A DNA stretch of 64,000 bases from a bacterium (GTDB lineage: Bacteria; Electryoneota; Electryoneia; Electryoneales; Electryoneaceae): contig OY769902.1 of NCBI GenBank assembly GCA_963669175.1, forward strand, positions 3,616,001 to 3,680,000, read 5' to 3'. Of the stretch, positions 49,984 through 60,791 are shown one piece after another. Position 1 is the first letter of the stretch; each line of letters opens with the position of its first letter. The notes under the pieces were generated by a model. It was not told the DNA's origin. It did not search any database and saw nothing but the letters and a program-made list of their open reading frames with translations. The position numbers were made by a program, and so were the translations under genes.

Positions 49984-49999
49984 TGGCACACGGCTTGTA
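49984..49999 (+). promoter_or_regulatory. Probable sigma54 promoter
   Basis: TGGCACACGGCTTGTA: perfect -24 TGGCAC, exact spacing, TTGT in place of TTGC. Confidence 0.55.
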
Positions 50000-50009
50000 A
50001 CTGTGCATA

Positions 50010-50256
50010 TCAGACCCCCAAGGCAGCCAAACCTTGGTTGTGGAATCAGGCCGACGACTGAAGGATTGGGCTTTCCCACCCCTTCCGAAGCCGAAGTCTT
50101 AACCACCATTCTTTCGGAAGTGGCTTGATTTCCGGGTCTGTTTTTAGAAAGAGGGTTCCCGAAAGGGACTGAACATAGCAGTTGGTGCATCCCCGCACCG
50201 TTTGGCCTCAGCCATTCGCAACACTTGGCCGGTGTTGTAGGCTGGGGCTTCTCTTT
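50010..50256 (+). ncRNA. Putative structured two-domain ncRNA
   Basis: Domain 1 is closed by CAGACCC/GGGTCTG with inner helices; domain 2 is closed by AAAGAG/CTCTTT with three hairpins; start coincides with the sigma54 +1. Confidence 0.55.
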
Positions 50257-50396
50257 GCGACTTAGGTTATAAACAATTACAAGAATCTTCTTCCACACCC
50301 TGATCTCCATACTGCGCACAGCATACGCAGAAGCAGGATTGAATCTGACAGCAGTATGCACTATACTCCAGCACGAAGAATACAATTGGAGATAGA

Positions 50397-51308
50397 GTGA
50401 CCAACGGATACAGCAAAATACCAGTGAACGGCCCCTTCCGTTTGGCAACGGCGCTTAATGTCCTTTTCCGTTATGAACGCCCACGGCTCAATCCAAGGGA
50501 ACCGGCTCGCGCATCCTTTTCCCTGGAAGTCCCTGATGGCGCGGTGGAGGTTACTGTCCGACAACAGCGCCCCGGCGATACACTGGAATTCCTCGTACTT
50601 GGCGACCGTGCTTCACAGGAGACCATCGAGTATGTCAATAAAACACTGATCAGGATGTTCGCGCTGGATGTTGATGCATCTGACTTTTTTGAACGTGTGC
50701 GTGATGATTCACATTTGAAACTGGCCTCTTCCCTGTACCCGGATTTGCGTCCAGTTCGCATGCCAACCCCATTTGAAGCAGCGATAAAACTGATCATCGG
50801 GCATCGGATTTCGCCGGAAACAGCGGTAGCGTTGATACGGAACCTGGTTGAAGTTTGCGGAATTATTCCGTCCGGACGTCCAAACGCCAGACCGGCATTC
50901 CCTGGAAGGGCGACGATTCTTGCCATGCCGGATAAACTCCTGGAGATCACCGGTATCGTAAATGAGAAGATTCAGAAGATTCGCGAGCTGGCCTCTTCAC
51001 AATTCGGTGAAGAAGCTGATATGGAATCGATTTTCGCCGAGAGTGATCCGATGATTGCCAGGAAAAGACTGGAAGATCTCCCGGGCATCGGCAGGCGAAC
51101 AGCCGAGCATATCCTGCTTCGCGCTTACCCTTTCAATGACATGTTGAATGATGACCCGATCCTTCAACGTGCCGTTCAACGGTTCTATCATCTTGCGCAA
51201 ATGCCTGACGAGAAAACCATGAAACGATTTGCTCAGCCTTTTATGCCGTGGCGAAGCTGGTGGATGTTCCTGCTTTATACTGTAAATGAGACCTCGGTAA
51301 TTGTGTGA
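50397..51308 (+). CDS. DNA-3-methyladenine glycosylase II (AlkA family)
   Basis: PFEAAIKLIIG, AFP and HhH motif LEDLPGIGRRTAE; C-terminal PWRS. Confidence 0.85.
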   Translation: MTNGYSKIPVNGPFRLATALNVLFRYERPRLNPREPARASFSLEVPDGAVEVTVRQQRPGDTLEFLVLGDRASQETIEYVNKTLIRMFALDVDASDFFERVRDDSHLKLASSLYPDLRPVRMPTPFEAAIKLIIGHRISPETAVALIRNLVEVCGIIPSGRPNARPAFPGRATILAMPDKLLEITGIVNEKIQKIRELASSQFGEEADMESIFAESDPMIARKRLEDLPGIGRRTAEHILLRAYPFNDMLNDDPILQRAVQRFYHLAQMPDEKTMKRFAQPFMPWRSWWMFLLYTVNETSVIV

Positions 51309-51704
51309 GCCATGGTGATTTTTCGGTTATCGCTTGTTGCTTATAGCGCTTGTGCTTATCTTAGTGAGTTATGTTCCATCTGTCAGATTGTTTCAGAAGC
51401 AGGAATTTCTGAATAACCCTATGATTTCAGGCATATCTGCTTTGTCATATATTATGGTTGATGAATCATGTGGGCTTCATCAGCAGATGTATGACTGAAA
51501 TCAGATGAAAATCTTTGCAAGTTATTGATTTTCAAAAGCAGCAAATCACATTTCATATAATATCAACATGTGGTGCAGGAAGGTTGAAAACGACAAACAA
51601 GATGACGTTACTCAAGCAAACCTGTTTTAATTCCGTTGCCACCCGGTGAAACAGGCCCCGTAAAAGAGTAGCGAAACGGTTTACATAGTTTGAAGGAGAG
51701 TCCC

Positions 51705-53492
51705 ATGAGGCATAAAACGCGACACCTGTACACGTTAGCACTTATTGCGCTGGTGGCAGTATTGGCGATGAGCGGCGCAGTAAATGCATTCTACCAGAGC
51801 CTGCTTCATGAGAATTTTGAGCAGGATCAGGGGCTTTGGCCCTGGGATACGGACAACATAGGTGACCAGGGGTGGATGATTTCCCCCGGCGCCAACACGC
51901 AGCATCCTTACTACACCTGGGCAGTCGAAGAAAGCACGATTTACCACTACATTGGCCCAGATTATTACCGGTCTATCTGGTGCTGTGGTCTTCCCAACAA
52001 CTACCTGCCCGGCCAGGATGATTATCCGCCGAACCAGCTTGCATGGGTAATCTGGGGTCCCTTTGACATCAACAGCCTCGATATGTTCCAGGTTGGTGGC
52101 GTCTTTTACCATTGGGCTGAAACTGAACCCTGGTACAGTGGCGCTGGCGATGCTTTCTGGATGGTCGCGAAGGATGACCCGAACCTGCAACAGCTTGACA
52201 TTACCGAATGGTATATCGGTTACGCGCATGAGACCGGTGTAACGCAACCGCCGCAACAATGGATCCCCATGTCGTTTGACTTCTTCGACCTGGTTACCTG
52301 GGAAGGTGATTCCGTTGCCCTTATGCCCGAAGATGGCGAAACACTGAACAACGTCTATTTCGGATTTGTGTTCTACTCCGATAGCGATGATCTGCGTGGA
52401 CGTGGTGTATTCCTCGACGATATTGATTTTGGTTACGACGATGGTCAGTTTGACTATCAGGTCATGACACCGATGTACTACAAGTATGCAGATTCAGTCC
52501 TTACACAGGCGTATACCATTCACCAGAATGATACGATTGCCATCAAGAACCGTTTTAACGCGCATGGAGCCACACCAGAGATTGCGGCAACACATGTTGT
52601 TTATATCAACAACGATGTCAGGAATCCGGAATCTGAATGGATCCCCCTGGATTCCATGACCGGTCAGTGGATCGCCCATCCCAATGGACGCATCAACAAC
52701 GTGTATTTCGAAGAATACTGGGTACCGGATGATACCGGCTATTGGGGCGTCAAGATCTCGCTTGATGTTGACGATGTTCAGATGGAATCGGATGAGACCA
52801 ATAACATCTTTGTCGATACGATCTACGTAGATGCACCGCAAACAGCGCCTTACATCATATGGCATGACCTGATCGGAACTTCGGAAAACGACACGCTTGT
52901 CGTGGTTGACGTTGGCGAAGTTGATGCTTTAACGATTGATTACACGGCAATTAACTCACCGCCATCCGAGGCGGCAGGGTTATCGTTCCTGTATTGTGAC
53001 AACGATACCAGCACACAAGATGTCATCATGGAATTGTTCGGTATCATCATTGATAACGAACGGCATCAGGTTGAGTGGCACTTGTCAGAGTTGGAAGATT
53101 CCGTGGTCTATCGTCTTTATGCCTTCATGGATGACGGCAGCTTCCTTCCGATTACGGATCAGGCTCCGCAGTACATCATGAAGGTCGAGACCGACGATGT
53201 TGATGATGTGCAGGCATCGACTTTACCGACAGAGTTTGCTATTGAATCCATATACCCGAACCCCTTCAACCCGACAGTTGAAGTAGAGTTTGCCATGCCC
53301 CAGGCTGGCGACATCAAGATTCAGTGGTATTCACTCGAAGGGCGTCTGGTTGATGTACAAACTATTGCAGGCGCGATGCCAGGCTTCCACAAGATTGCCT
53401 GGACACCGCAGAATCTCGCCAGCGGTATGTACCTGATGCGTGCCAGTAGCCCAGCCGGCGAATTGACGGGCAAGGTTCTTTACCTGAAATAA
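51705..53492 (+). CDS. Secreted protein with CARDB-like domain and T9SS type A sorting domain
   Basis: Signal peptide, GVFLDDI, ESDETNN and C-terminal YPNPFNP...YSLEGRLV...SGMYL...KVLYLK. Confidence 0.78.
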   Translation: MRHKTRHLYTLALIALVAVLAMSGAVNAFYQSLLHENFEQDQGLWPWDTDNIGDQGWMISPGANTQHPYYTWAVEESTIYHYIGPDYYRSIWCCGLPNNYLPGQDDYPPNQLAWVIWGPFDINSLDMFQVGGVFYHWAETEPWYSGAGDAFWMVAKDDPNLQQLDITEWYIGYAHETGVTQPPQQWIPMSFDFFDLVTWEGDSVALMPEDGETLNNVYFGFVFYSDSDDLRGRGVFLDDIDFGYDDGQFDYQVMTPMYYKYADSVLTQAYTIHQNDTIAIKNRFNAHGATPEIAATHVVYINNDVRNPESEWIPLDSMTGQWIAHPNGRINNVYFEEYWVPDDTGYWGVKISLDVDDVQMESDETNNIFVDTIYVDAPQTAPYIIWHDLIGTSENDTLVVVDVGEVDALTIDYTAINSPPSEAAGLSFLYCDNDTSTQDVIMELFGIIIDNERHQVEWHLSELEDSVVYRLYAFMDDGSFLPITDQAPQYIMKVETDDVDDVQASTLPTEFAIESIYPNPFNPTVEVEFAMPQAGDIKIQWYSLEGRLVDVQTIAGAMPGFHKIAWTPQNLASGMYLMRASSPAGELTGKVLYLK

Positions 53493-53514
53493 AATGATCC
53501 TGATTGCTTCCCCG

Positions 53515-53550
53515 GCCCCTTTCCGAATTTGGGAAGGGGCTTTTTTTTTT
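53515..53550 (+). terminator. Intrinsic terminator
   Basis: GCCCCTTTCC-GAATTT-GGGAAGGGGC-T10. Confidence 0.85.
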
Positions 53551-53657
53551 GTGCTGTGTCATGTTTATCACTCTCCCATTGTCTCTATTCCGGGTGACCT
53601 ATCTTATCGATGTGCTTATATTCCAAGTTCATCCGAACGAAAACAGGATTGACTCTC

Positions 53658-54683
53658 ATGCATGAAAAACTGGTTGAGCTGGATCAGCATCGAAGTGCTT
53701 TTCTAGACGAGCTTTCCGGCATCTCGGCATTAGATTCGCTTGAACAGCTCCGGGTTAAGTACATAGGTCGAAAAGGACTGATCGCCGGGCTCTTCAAGGA
53801 AGTCGGAAAACTTCCCAATGAGGTAAAAGGACCATTTGGGAAAGCGTTGAATGAGCTGAAAACACTTGCCACAGAACAGATCGAAGCAGCACAACAACGT
53901 CTGGAAGGTGAACAGATACGTACCGAAGTGGATTTGACACTTCCAGCCAGACTGCCTCGAACGGGTTCATATCATCCCCTGGCGCTGGTGGAGCGTGAAG
54001 TTCGCAAAATCTTTCAGCGTATGGGTTTTACGGTTGAACGTGGTCCGGAAATCGAAGATGCCTGGCACTTGTTTGACGCTTTAAATACACCGGAGTGGCA
54101 TCCTGCCCGTGAACCTACCGATACGTTTTATCTGGAAGAAGGCGGCATTCTGCGTACGGAAACCAGCCCGATCCAGATCCGTGTCATGGAACGGGACAAG
54201 CCACCGATCCGCATCATTGCGCCGGGAAAAACGTATAGAAACGACAAACCAGATGCCACCCATTCCCCCATGTTCAGCCAGGTTGAAGGGTTATACGTGG
54301 ACAAAGGTGTGACCATGGCGGACCTGAAAGGAACAGTACTGGCATTTTACCGTGCTTTCTTCGGATCGTCTGTGAAAACACGCTTCCGTCCGCATTTCTT
54401 CCCCTTTACCGAACCATCGGCAGAAGTAGACATCACCTGCGCTTTTTGCGGCGGGAATGGCTGCCGTGTTTGTAAAGGCTCAGGCTGGATTGAGATGGGC
54501 GGTTGCGGCATGGTGGATCCCAATGTGTTTGACGCTGTCGGGATTGATTCAGAGGTCTACACCGGCTGGGCCTTCGGGCTTGGCATCGAACGGCTTTCCA
54601 TGCTGGCATACGATATAAACGACATCAGGCTTTTCCACGAAAACGATTACAGGTTCCTGGGACAATTTGGAGGCAGGCGATGA
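53658..54683 (+). CDS. pheS: Phenylalanine-tRNA ligase alpha subunit
   Basis: HPAREPTDTFY, LRTETSP, DATHSPMFSQVEG, FPFTEPSAE and AFGLGIERL. Confidence 0.97.
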   Translation: MHEKLVELDQHRSAFLDELSGISALDSLEQLRVKYIGRKGLIAGLFKEVGKLPNEVKGPFGKALNELKTLATEQIEAAQQRLEGEQIRTEVDLTLPARLPRTGSYHPLALVEREVRKIFQRMGFTVERGPEIEDAWHLFDALNTPEWHPAREPTDTFYLEEGGILRTETSPIQIRVMERDKPPIRIIAPGKTYRNDKPDATHSPMFSQVEGLYVDKGVTMADLKGTVLAFYRAFFGSSVKTRFRPHFFPFTEPSAEVDITCAFCGGNGCRVCKGSGWIEMGGCGMVDPNVFDAVGIDSEVYTGWAFGLGIERLSMLAYDINDIRLFHENDYRFLGQFGGRR

Positions 54684-57109
54684 AGGTATCATATAACTGG
54701 CTGAAGGAATTCGTCGATTTCGACGCAACTCCCGAGCAAATCGCCGAGATCCTCACTTTCCAGGCGTTTGAGCTGGAAAGCATGGAAAAAGTCACCCGCC
54801 ATGTGACAGGTGTCGTCGTTGGTAAAATCCTTGAAGTCACCCCACATCCGAACGCGGACAAGCTCAAACTGACCAAAGTCGATATTGGAACGGAAGTTCT
54901 TGATATCGTTTGTGGCGCTCCGAATTGCCGTGCCGGGATTAAAGCACCAGTGGCAAAGCCGGGAACACAACTGGGCGATATTACCGTAACGCCGCGAAAA
55001 CTGCGTGGCGAACCATCTAACGGTATCATCCTGTCAGAACGTGAGATGAACATCAGCGGCGATCATGGCGGTATCCTGATTCTGGATGATTCCCTCGAAA
55101 TCGGCACAGAGATGTCCACCCTGGTTCCACCGGAAGACACCATCCTCGACTTCGAGATCACGGTCAATCGTCCGGATGCGATGAGTCATCTTGGTATCGC
55201 GCGTGAACTGGCAGCGCATTTCAACCTGCCACTGACCATGCCGCCGACAGATGTCACAGAAATCGATCTGCCCGCTTCGGACTGGATTAAAGTGGATATC
55301 GAGGATCCGGAGTATGGTCCACGCTATGTGGCACGAGCGGCGCAGCATGTCAAAGTCGCTCCTTCCCCGCTCTGGATGAAAGCCCGCTTGTGGGGATTGG
55401 GACAGCGTCCGATCAATAACGTCGTTGATATAACCAACTATGTCCTGCTCGAGCTGGGACATCCGTTGCACGCCTTCAATTATCACCTGGTCAAGGATGG
55501 TCACATCATTGTCCGCCTTGCCAATGAAGGTGAGAAGTTCACCACGCTGGATGATCAGGAACGTACGATGAAGACCACGGACCTGATGATTGCCGACCCT
55601 GAGAAGGGTGTCGCTGTTGCCGGAGTCATGGGTGGCGCGAACAGCGAAGTGGATGAATCGACAAGTGACGTCCTGATCGAAGCAGCTTATTTCAATCCTG
55701 TCAGTGTCCGAAAGACTTCGAAACACCTGGGCCTGATTACGGAAGCCTCCAAGCGCTTCGAACGTGGCCAGGATCCGGCAATGGCGCCTGTTGCGGCACA
55801 ACGCTGCGCGCATATGCTGCAACAATTGACCGATGCCGAGATCCTGAGAGGCGCGGTTGATGCGTATCCGCAGGAAATTCTGCCATGGACGGTTACGCTT
55901 CGCCCCTCACGCGTCAATCATGTTCTTGGAGTCGATATCAAGCGTGAAGACGTGCTTGACAGTCTGCACAGATTGAACCTAGAGGTTGCTGAAGCGGGCG
56001 AAGACAGTCTGACCGTCACGATTCCAACTTTCCGCCCGGATCTGACTCGTGAGATTGACCTCGTTGAAGAAGTTGCCCGTATTGTGGGCTATTACAAGGT
56101 GCCGGATGCGATCCATTCCAGTATTGTTCTTGAGCGCAAGGATACCGGTGTTGAAAGCTTGCTGGAAGCGGCGTCTGATACGATGGTTGGCCTTGGATAC
56201 AACCAGGCTGTCACCATTGCCATGATCCAGGACAGCGATCAGACAGCATTCCAGCCATCACTCCATCCGTTCCATATTAATCATGCTCTTAGCAAGGAGA
56301 TGAACAGCTTCCGTGCATCTTTGATCCCTGCTTTGCTTCGAGTTGCGGAATACAACTTGAACCGTGGTGTCGAAGATATTCGTTTATTCGAAATTGGGCA
56401 GACCCAGGTAGCAGAAAAAGTGGCTGGTGGCTGGTTCAGTGAATATAGTGACGCCCGTGAACATCTGGCATTTATTTCAATTGGATCCTCTCGTTCGGCT
56501 TCCTTTGACGAGAAATCACCAAGAGAATATGATATTTTTGATCTTAAAGGGGACGTAACTGGACTTTTGTCAGGTATTTGTCTTGACAATTTCCCGGTTC
56601 TTTCTTATGATACGGTTGAGCATCTTGACCTTGCTTTATCCATGTTTGATGCGCAGGGGAATTTGCTTTTGAGGGCTGGTCGGTTAGCGCGAGAAACTGC
56701 AGAAGCATTCGGAATAGATAAACCGGTATTTGTGTGCGAAGTAGATTTGTTTGCACTGGTACCACTCGAGGGTCACGAGGGGATTCTCAGACCGGGTGCC
56801 GCGAGTCGTTTTCATTCCTTCTCTCGCTTTCCGACAAATGAGCGCGATTTAGCCTTTATTGCCCCCAAAACAGTTGCAGCCGGTACTATTGAGCAGATCA
56901 TTCGGGAAAAAGCCGGAGCATTGCTGGAAAGTGTCAGACTGTTTGATTTGTACGAAGGAAAACCGTTGGCTGATGATACACGGAGCCTGGCATTCAGGCT
57001 GGTATTCAGGGCTGACGATAGAACATTGACAGATGATGATGTCAATCCACTGGTAGCAAAAGTTATTTCTGCCGTGGAAAGTTTGCCGCAAGTAACATTG
57101 CGGTCATAA
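54680..57109 (+). CDS. pheT: Phenylalanine-tRNA ligase beta subunit
   Basis: MKVSYNWLKE, HPNADKL, VCGAPN, NRPDAMS, RPDLTREIDLVEEV and a C-terminal FDX-ACB domain. Confidence 0.97.
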   Translation: MKVSYNWLKEFVDFDATPEQIAEILTFQAFELESMEKVTRHVTGVVVGKILEVTPHPNADKLKLTKVDIGTEVLDIVCGAPNCRAGIKAPVAKPGTQLGDITVTPRKLRGEPSNGIILSEREMNISGDHGGILILDDSLEIGTEMSTLVPPEDTILDFEITVNRPDAMSHLGIARELAAHFNLPLTMPPTDVTEIDLPASDWIKVDIEDPEYGPRYVARAAQHVKVAPSPLWMKARLWGLGQRPINNVVDITNYVLLELGHPLHAFNYHLVKDGHIIVRLANEGEKFTTLDDQERTMKTTDLMIADPEKGVAVAGVMGGANSEVDESTSDVLIEAAYFNPVSVRKTSKHLGLITEASKRFERGQDPAMAPVAAQRCAHMLQQLTDAEILRGAVDAYPQEILPWTVTLRPSRVNHVLGVDIKREDVLDSLHRLNLEVAEAGEDSLTVTIPTFRPDLTREIDLVEEVARIVGYYKVPDAIHSSIVLERKDTGVESLLEAASDTMVGLGYNQAVTIAMIQDSDQTAFQPSLHPFHINHALSKEMNSFRASLIPALLRVAEYNLNRGVEDIRLFEIGQTQVAEKVAGGWFSEYSDAREHLAFISIGSSRSASFDEKSPREYDIFDLKGDVTGLLSGICLDNFPVLSYDTVEHLDLALSMFDAQGNLLLRAGRLARETAEAFGIDKPVFVCEVDLFALVPLEGHEGILRPGAASRFHSFSRFPTNERDLAFIAPKTVAAGTIEQIIREKAGALLESVRLFDLYEGKPLADDTRSLAFRLVFRADDRTLTDDDVNPLVAKVISAVESLPQVTLRS

Positions 57110-57153
57110 TTGTTATTAGTATTTGATTCCGATTCCAACGAGTGAGACTAGTG

Positions 57154-57411
57154 ATGCAGATCGAAGATTTACAACAACTAGAAGCAAAAATCGCTGGCGT
57201 GCTTGAGAAAATGGAAACACTCAAGCAGGAAAACGGCGATTTGCAAAGACGGCTGGACGACCTCCAGTCGCGATACGATGACAAAGCAGCCAGGCTTGAA
57301 GAAGTATCCCTAGAGCTTGAAAAAGCCCGATCCAATGCAAGGGACTTCGAAAAGGAGGAGAAGATCCGCACGAAGGTGTCGAGTCTTCTGGAGAAGCTCG
57401 ATAGCTTCTAA
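57154..57411 (+). CDS. zapB: Cell division protein ZapB-like coiled coil
   Basis: LQQLEAKI..LKQEN..IRTKVSSLLEKL; pheT-zapB-zapA synteny. Confidence 0.75.
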   Translation: MQIEDLQQLEAKIAGVLEKMETLKQENGDLQRRLDDLQSRYDDKAARLEEVSLELEKARSNARDFEKEEKIRTKVSSLLEKLDSF

Positions 57412-57490
57412 GCTACGTTGCAGTGTTGGTTCTTAAGGAGCGATTTTGATAAAGTAACGGCTACATTACACTTCAGGATACGGACGGTCC

Positions 57491-57799
57491 ATGAACGAGA
57501 AAAACCGGGTGGTACAGGTCGACATATTTGGGCAAGTTTATTCCATCCGGGCCAGCGTGCGTGACGAGGAGTATATCCAGTCCATAGCCCGGTATATCGA
57601 CGGCAAGATGCGGAAAATTGACAAGACGATGAAACCGAATTCCGCACAGAAAGTAGCCATTTTAGCTGCTTTGAATGTTGCTGACGAACTACATACGCTC
57701 AAGCGGAAATACCAGGAACAATCGGACCGGCTGGCGAAGTATAAGGAGAAAATCCAGACATTTTCTGACGTTCTGGACAAGAATCTGATCCAGAAATAG
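57491..57799 (+). CDS. zapA: Cell division protein ZapA
   Basis: VDIFGQVYSIR, YIDGKM and VAILAALNVADE. Confidence 0.92.
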   Translation: MNEKNRVVQVDIFGQVYSIRASVRDEEYIQSIARYIDGKMRKIDKTMKPNSAQKVAILAALNVADELHTLKRKYQEQSDRLAKYKEKIQTFSDVLDKNLIQK

Positions 57800-57816
57800 C
57801 CGTAAAAAAGTTGCTA

Positions 57817-58002
57817 GAAAGCCCTGCACCTCACGCAGGTTACAAAAGAAGAACCAACACTTTAGAAAAGGGAGTTCGACTTCGGTGGTGGCTGGCATGC
57901 CTCCCTGCCTCGCAGGCTAGAGGAAGTCAAATACTACTGGGCGGACACCCACCGTGTTGTACACGGTTCTCTCTTCTTTGCCTGTGGGGGTGTTGGGTTT
58001 TT
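57817..58002 (+). ncRNA. ssrS: 6S RNA
   Basis: ~185-nt rod (GCCCTGCACCTCACGCAGG pairs with CCTGTGGGGGTGTTGGG) with a central bubble; zapA-ssrS-rny synteny. Confidence 0.85.
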
Positions 58003-58032
58003 TATATACATAAAGGATAGGAGCTTAACTCC

Positions 58033-59601
58033 ATGTTAGGATACATCATCGCCGGGATCGTCGGCCTGCTGCTGGGCGTCGCGGTGGGAGCTGTTGTCGG
58101 CATTAAGCTGAAAACAGCCGAAGACAAGAAGAAGAAACTGACCGCTCAGCAGGAAGCGGATCAGATCCTGGAGATCGCCAAAAAAGAGGCTGATTCGCTG
58201 AAACGCGAAAAACTCCTGGAAGCCAGGGACGAAGCTATCGCCCTGAAACGTGAACAAGACAAGCAATACGATAAAAAACTTGATGAACTGCGATCAGAGC
58301 AGAAAAAATTGCACGATCGTGAAGTGGCGCTCGATCGTCGTTTTGAGAAAAACCGGCAGTTGGAAAAAGAACTGAAAGATAAAGATCGTGAAATAAAAAG
58401 GTTAATGCAGTCCAACCAGGACAAACAGGCGTTTCTCGATGATGCCGTAACCAAGCAGAAAGAGCTGTTGGAACGTACCGCCCAGATGACTCGCGAAGAG
58501 GCACTGGAGCAACTCAAGGGCACCCTGATCGACAAGGCGCGTCGCCAGACCGCGGAAACGATCAAGGAAATGCGCGATAAGGCTCGCCTGGAAGCCAACC
58601 GTGAAGCTCGTGAGATCATCATTCAGGCAATTCAACGTAGCGCAGCGGATCATGCGGCAGAGAACACCGTCACCGTCATCAACCTGCCGAACGATGATGT
58701 CAAGGGACGGATAATCGGACGTGAAGGCCGCAACATTCGCGCGTTGGAAGCGGCTACCGGCGTTGATATCATCGTTGACGACACACCGGAAGCAGTTATT
58801 CTTTCAAGTTTTGACCCGTACCGCCGTGAAATCAGCCGTATCGCACTGGAGAAGCTGATTACGGACGGTCGCATCCATCCTGCACGTATCGAGGAAGTGG
58901 TTGCCAAGGCTCAGAAAGAACTGGATGAACGTGTGCTCGAACTGGGTAAAAACGCCCTGATCGAAGCCAAGGTACACGGCCTCCATCCTGAATTGATAAA
59001 GTTGCTGGGACGTTTGAACTACCGTACCAGCTACGGCCAGAATGTCCTGAAGCATGTTACTGAAGTAGCGCACCTGTCCGGTCTGATGGCCATTGAGCTT
59101 GGTCTTGACGCCAAGATCGCACGCCGCGCCGGTCTGTTGCATGACATCGGCAAGGCGGTTGACCGGGAAAGCGAAGGCACCCACGTCAAGCTCGGCCTTG
59201 AACTGGCAAAGAAATACGGCGAAGGTGGCGTGGTTCAGAACGCGATCATATCGCACCATGAAGACGCACCACCGGATAACCCGATTTCCGTGCTGGTGCA
59301 AGCCGCAGACGCGATCAGCAGTTCACGTCCGGGCGCACGCCGTGAATCCTTGGAAGGCTATATCCAGCGTATGCACGGGTTGGAAGAAATCGCGTCCAAC
59401 TTCGAGGGCATCAACAAGGTTTTCGCGATCCAGGCAGGACGCGAGATCCGCTGCATCGTAGAGCATGAGAAAATCACCGATGCCCTGGCCGATGCGCTGT
59501 CCCACGACATCGCGGAAAGGATCGAGCATGAACTTGAATACCCGGGCCAGATCAAGGTTACGGTGATCCGTGAGTATCGTGCCGTGGATTATGCAAAGTA
59601 G
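58033..59601 (+). CDS. rny: Ribonuclease Y
   Basis: TM anchor, coiled coil, KH motif [15 protein letters not shown] motif GLLHDIGK and [12 protein letters not shown]. Confidence 0.97.
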   Translation: MLGYIIAGIVGLLLGVAVGAVVGIKLKTAEDKKKKLTAQQEADQILEIAKKEADSLKREKLLEARDEAIALKREQDKQYDKKLDELRSEQKKLHDREVALDRRFEKNRQLEKELKDKDREIKRLMQSNQDKQAFLDDAVTKQKELLERTAQMTREEALEQLKGTLIDKARRQTAETIKEMRDKARLEANREAREIIIQAIQRSAADHAAENTVTVINLPNDDVKGRIIGREGRNIRALEAATGVDIIVDDTPEAVILSSFDPYRREISRIALEKLITDGRIHPARIEEVVAKAQKELDERVLELGKNALIEAKVHGLHPELIKLLGRLNYRTSYGQNVLKHVTEVAHLSGLMAIELGLDAKIARRAGLLHDIGKAVDRESEGTHVKLGLELAKKYGEGGVVQNAIISHHEDAPPDNPISVLVQAADAISSSRPGARRESLEGYIQRMHGLEEIASNFEGINKVFAIQAGREIRCIVEHEKITDALADALSHDIAERIEHELEYPGQIKVTVIREYRAVDYAK

Positions 59602-59634
59602 GCTTTACCTCTAGAGATTGAACATTCCCCCCCC

Positions 59635-59656
59635 CCCGCTTCGGCGGGTTTTTTTT
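59635..59656 (+). terminator. Intrinsic terminator after rny
   Basis: CCCGC-TTCG-GCGGG-T8. Confidence 0.85.
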
Positions 59657-59867
59657 ATACTATCCCATTGATAAATATTTTACTTAAAGAATCAAATTAC
59701 TCGAAACTCATATACTCAAACATTTTTGAGTTGAGTATAATTTCTATATTACTAAAGCTTGAGAATATTGCCAGTGACTCTAGAGTTGAAGATAATTAGC
59801 TGTCTCTATATTGACATTTGAAACTACATTTAGTATCATTTTTGTCAGTAAGAAAAAAGCGGAGACT

Positions 59868-60200
59868 ATGAGCAAAATCCAGAAGACTTTTGAACAGCTT
59901 ACGGGAAAAGGTAGAAAACTACCTAACGAAATCGAGTTTAAAGTTCTTAAAGATGTGCTCGAGGAAGCCGGATGTACAGTAACACACTTTCCAACTGGTT
60001 CACACTGGCGTGTAACCCATCCAGATTTATTTAAACACCCAGATTTTAGTAGATCAGGCCATTTTGAGATTCCAGTTCACGGTGGAAGACAGGGTGGTCA
60101 ACATGTCAGAAGAGCAAGGATCTACATACAGAAAGTTGCGAAAGTCGTGGAGTTCTTAAGGGAATACGAGGAGATAAAACGTGGAAAAGCAAGATCTTAA
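59868..60200 (+). CDS. HicA-like toxin
   Basis: Basic 110-aa protein with FKVLKDVLEEAGC..TGSHWRVTHP..IPVH..IYIQKV (HicA GSH motif); upstream of a HicB-like gene. Confidence 0.75.
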   Translation: MSKIQKTFEQLTGKGRKLPNEIEFKVLKDVLEEAGCTVTHFPTGSHWRVTHPDLFKHPDFSRSGHFEIPVHGGRQGGQHVRRARIYIQKVAKVVEFLREYEEIKRGKARS

Positions 60201-60765
60201 GGCACTTATCGATAGTCACTATCCTATTACACTTATCAAAACAGAAGATGGTATTGAAGGATGGTATGAGGATTTTGGACGTGGTACAACTGGTACCATT
60301 GCTGATACATTGGAAGAGGTTGTATTCGATCTAGAGAGTATTTTGATGAGTACTCTTGAGTATATGGTTGAACAAAGTCTCGAAATTCCTCAACCACATA
60401 GCGAAATAATTGATAACTTCAGTGGCCAGTTTATTGTCAGAGTCCCAAGAAGTTTGCATGCTGACCTTTCTAAAAACGCTAAAAGAGAAGGAGTTAGTTT
60501 GAATCTCTATGTAAATAATATTTTATCTGAACGCAATATGCTCAGTCAAGTCAATAATAAAATTAACAATTTACAATTAGGACACGATAAAATATTTGAT
60601 AAATTTCAATCCATTATACCTGAGCCAAAGAAAGACACCTATACATTTGATTATAATCCTACCCCTAGTCAATCAACAGCTTTGATATTGGAAATGAATA
60701 CACCATCGGTAAAAGGAGAAACCCAACCATGGTCAAGTAATAATTCAACCGCAAATTCGAATTAG
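60181..60765 (+). CDS. HicB-family antitoxin with C-terminal extension (candidate chaperone-addiction tail)
   Basis: N-terminal partial RNase H-like fold, IPQP, RHH motif FSGQFIVRVPRSLHADL...EGVSLN, then ~70 extra residues. Confidence 0.82.
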   Translation: MEKQDLKALIDSHYPITLIKTEDGIEGWYEDFGRGTTGTIADTLEEVVFDLESILMSTLEYMVEQSLEIPQPHSEIIDNFSGQFIVRVPRSLHADLSKNAKREGVSLNLYVNNILSERNMLSQVNNKINNLQLGHDKIFDKFQSIIPEPKKDTYTFDYNPTPSQSTALILEMNTPSVKGETQPWSSNNSTANSN

Positions 60766-60791
60766 AGTAAAGAAACTACTTGGAGGTAGCA

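Noticed and set aside
50010-50256. SRP RNA, tmRNA or RNase P as the identity of this RNA
   Set aside because: No CAGG-GGAA-AGCA SRP core, no tRNA-like GGGG/CCA ends or tag ORF, and no GAGGAAAGUCC RNase P motif.
49936-50448. 170-aa minus-strand ORF (and 61294-61539 on +)
   Set aside because: No protein-like features; both overlap segments better explained as structured RNA.
51610-51690. c-di-GMP-I riboswitch-like GCAAACC...GAAACAGG upstream of the T9SS protein
   Set aside because: It lacks the GAAA-loop P2 and GCAAAG/P3 receptor arrangement.
59627-59637. C11 homopolymer as a phase-variation tract
   Set aside because: It is intergenic and merges into the rny terminator stem, with no evident target.
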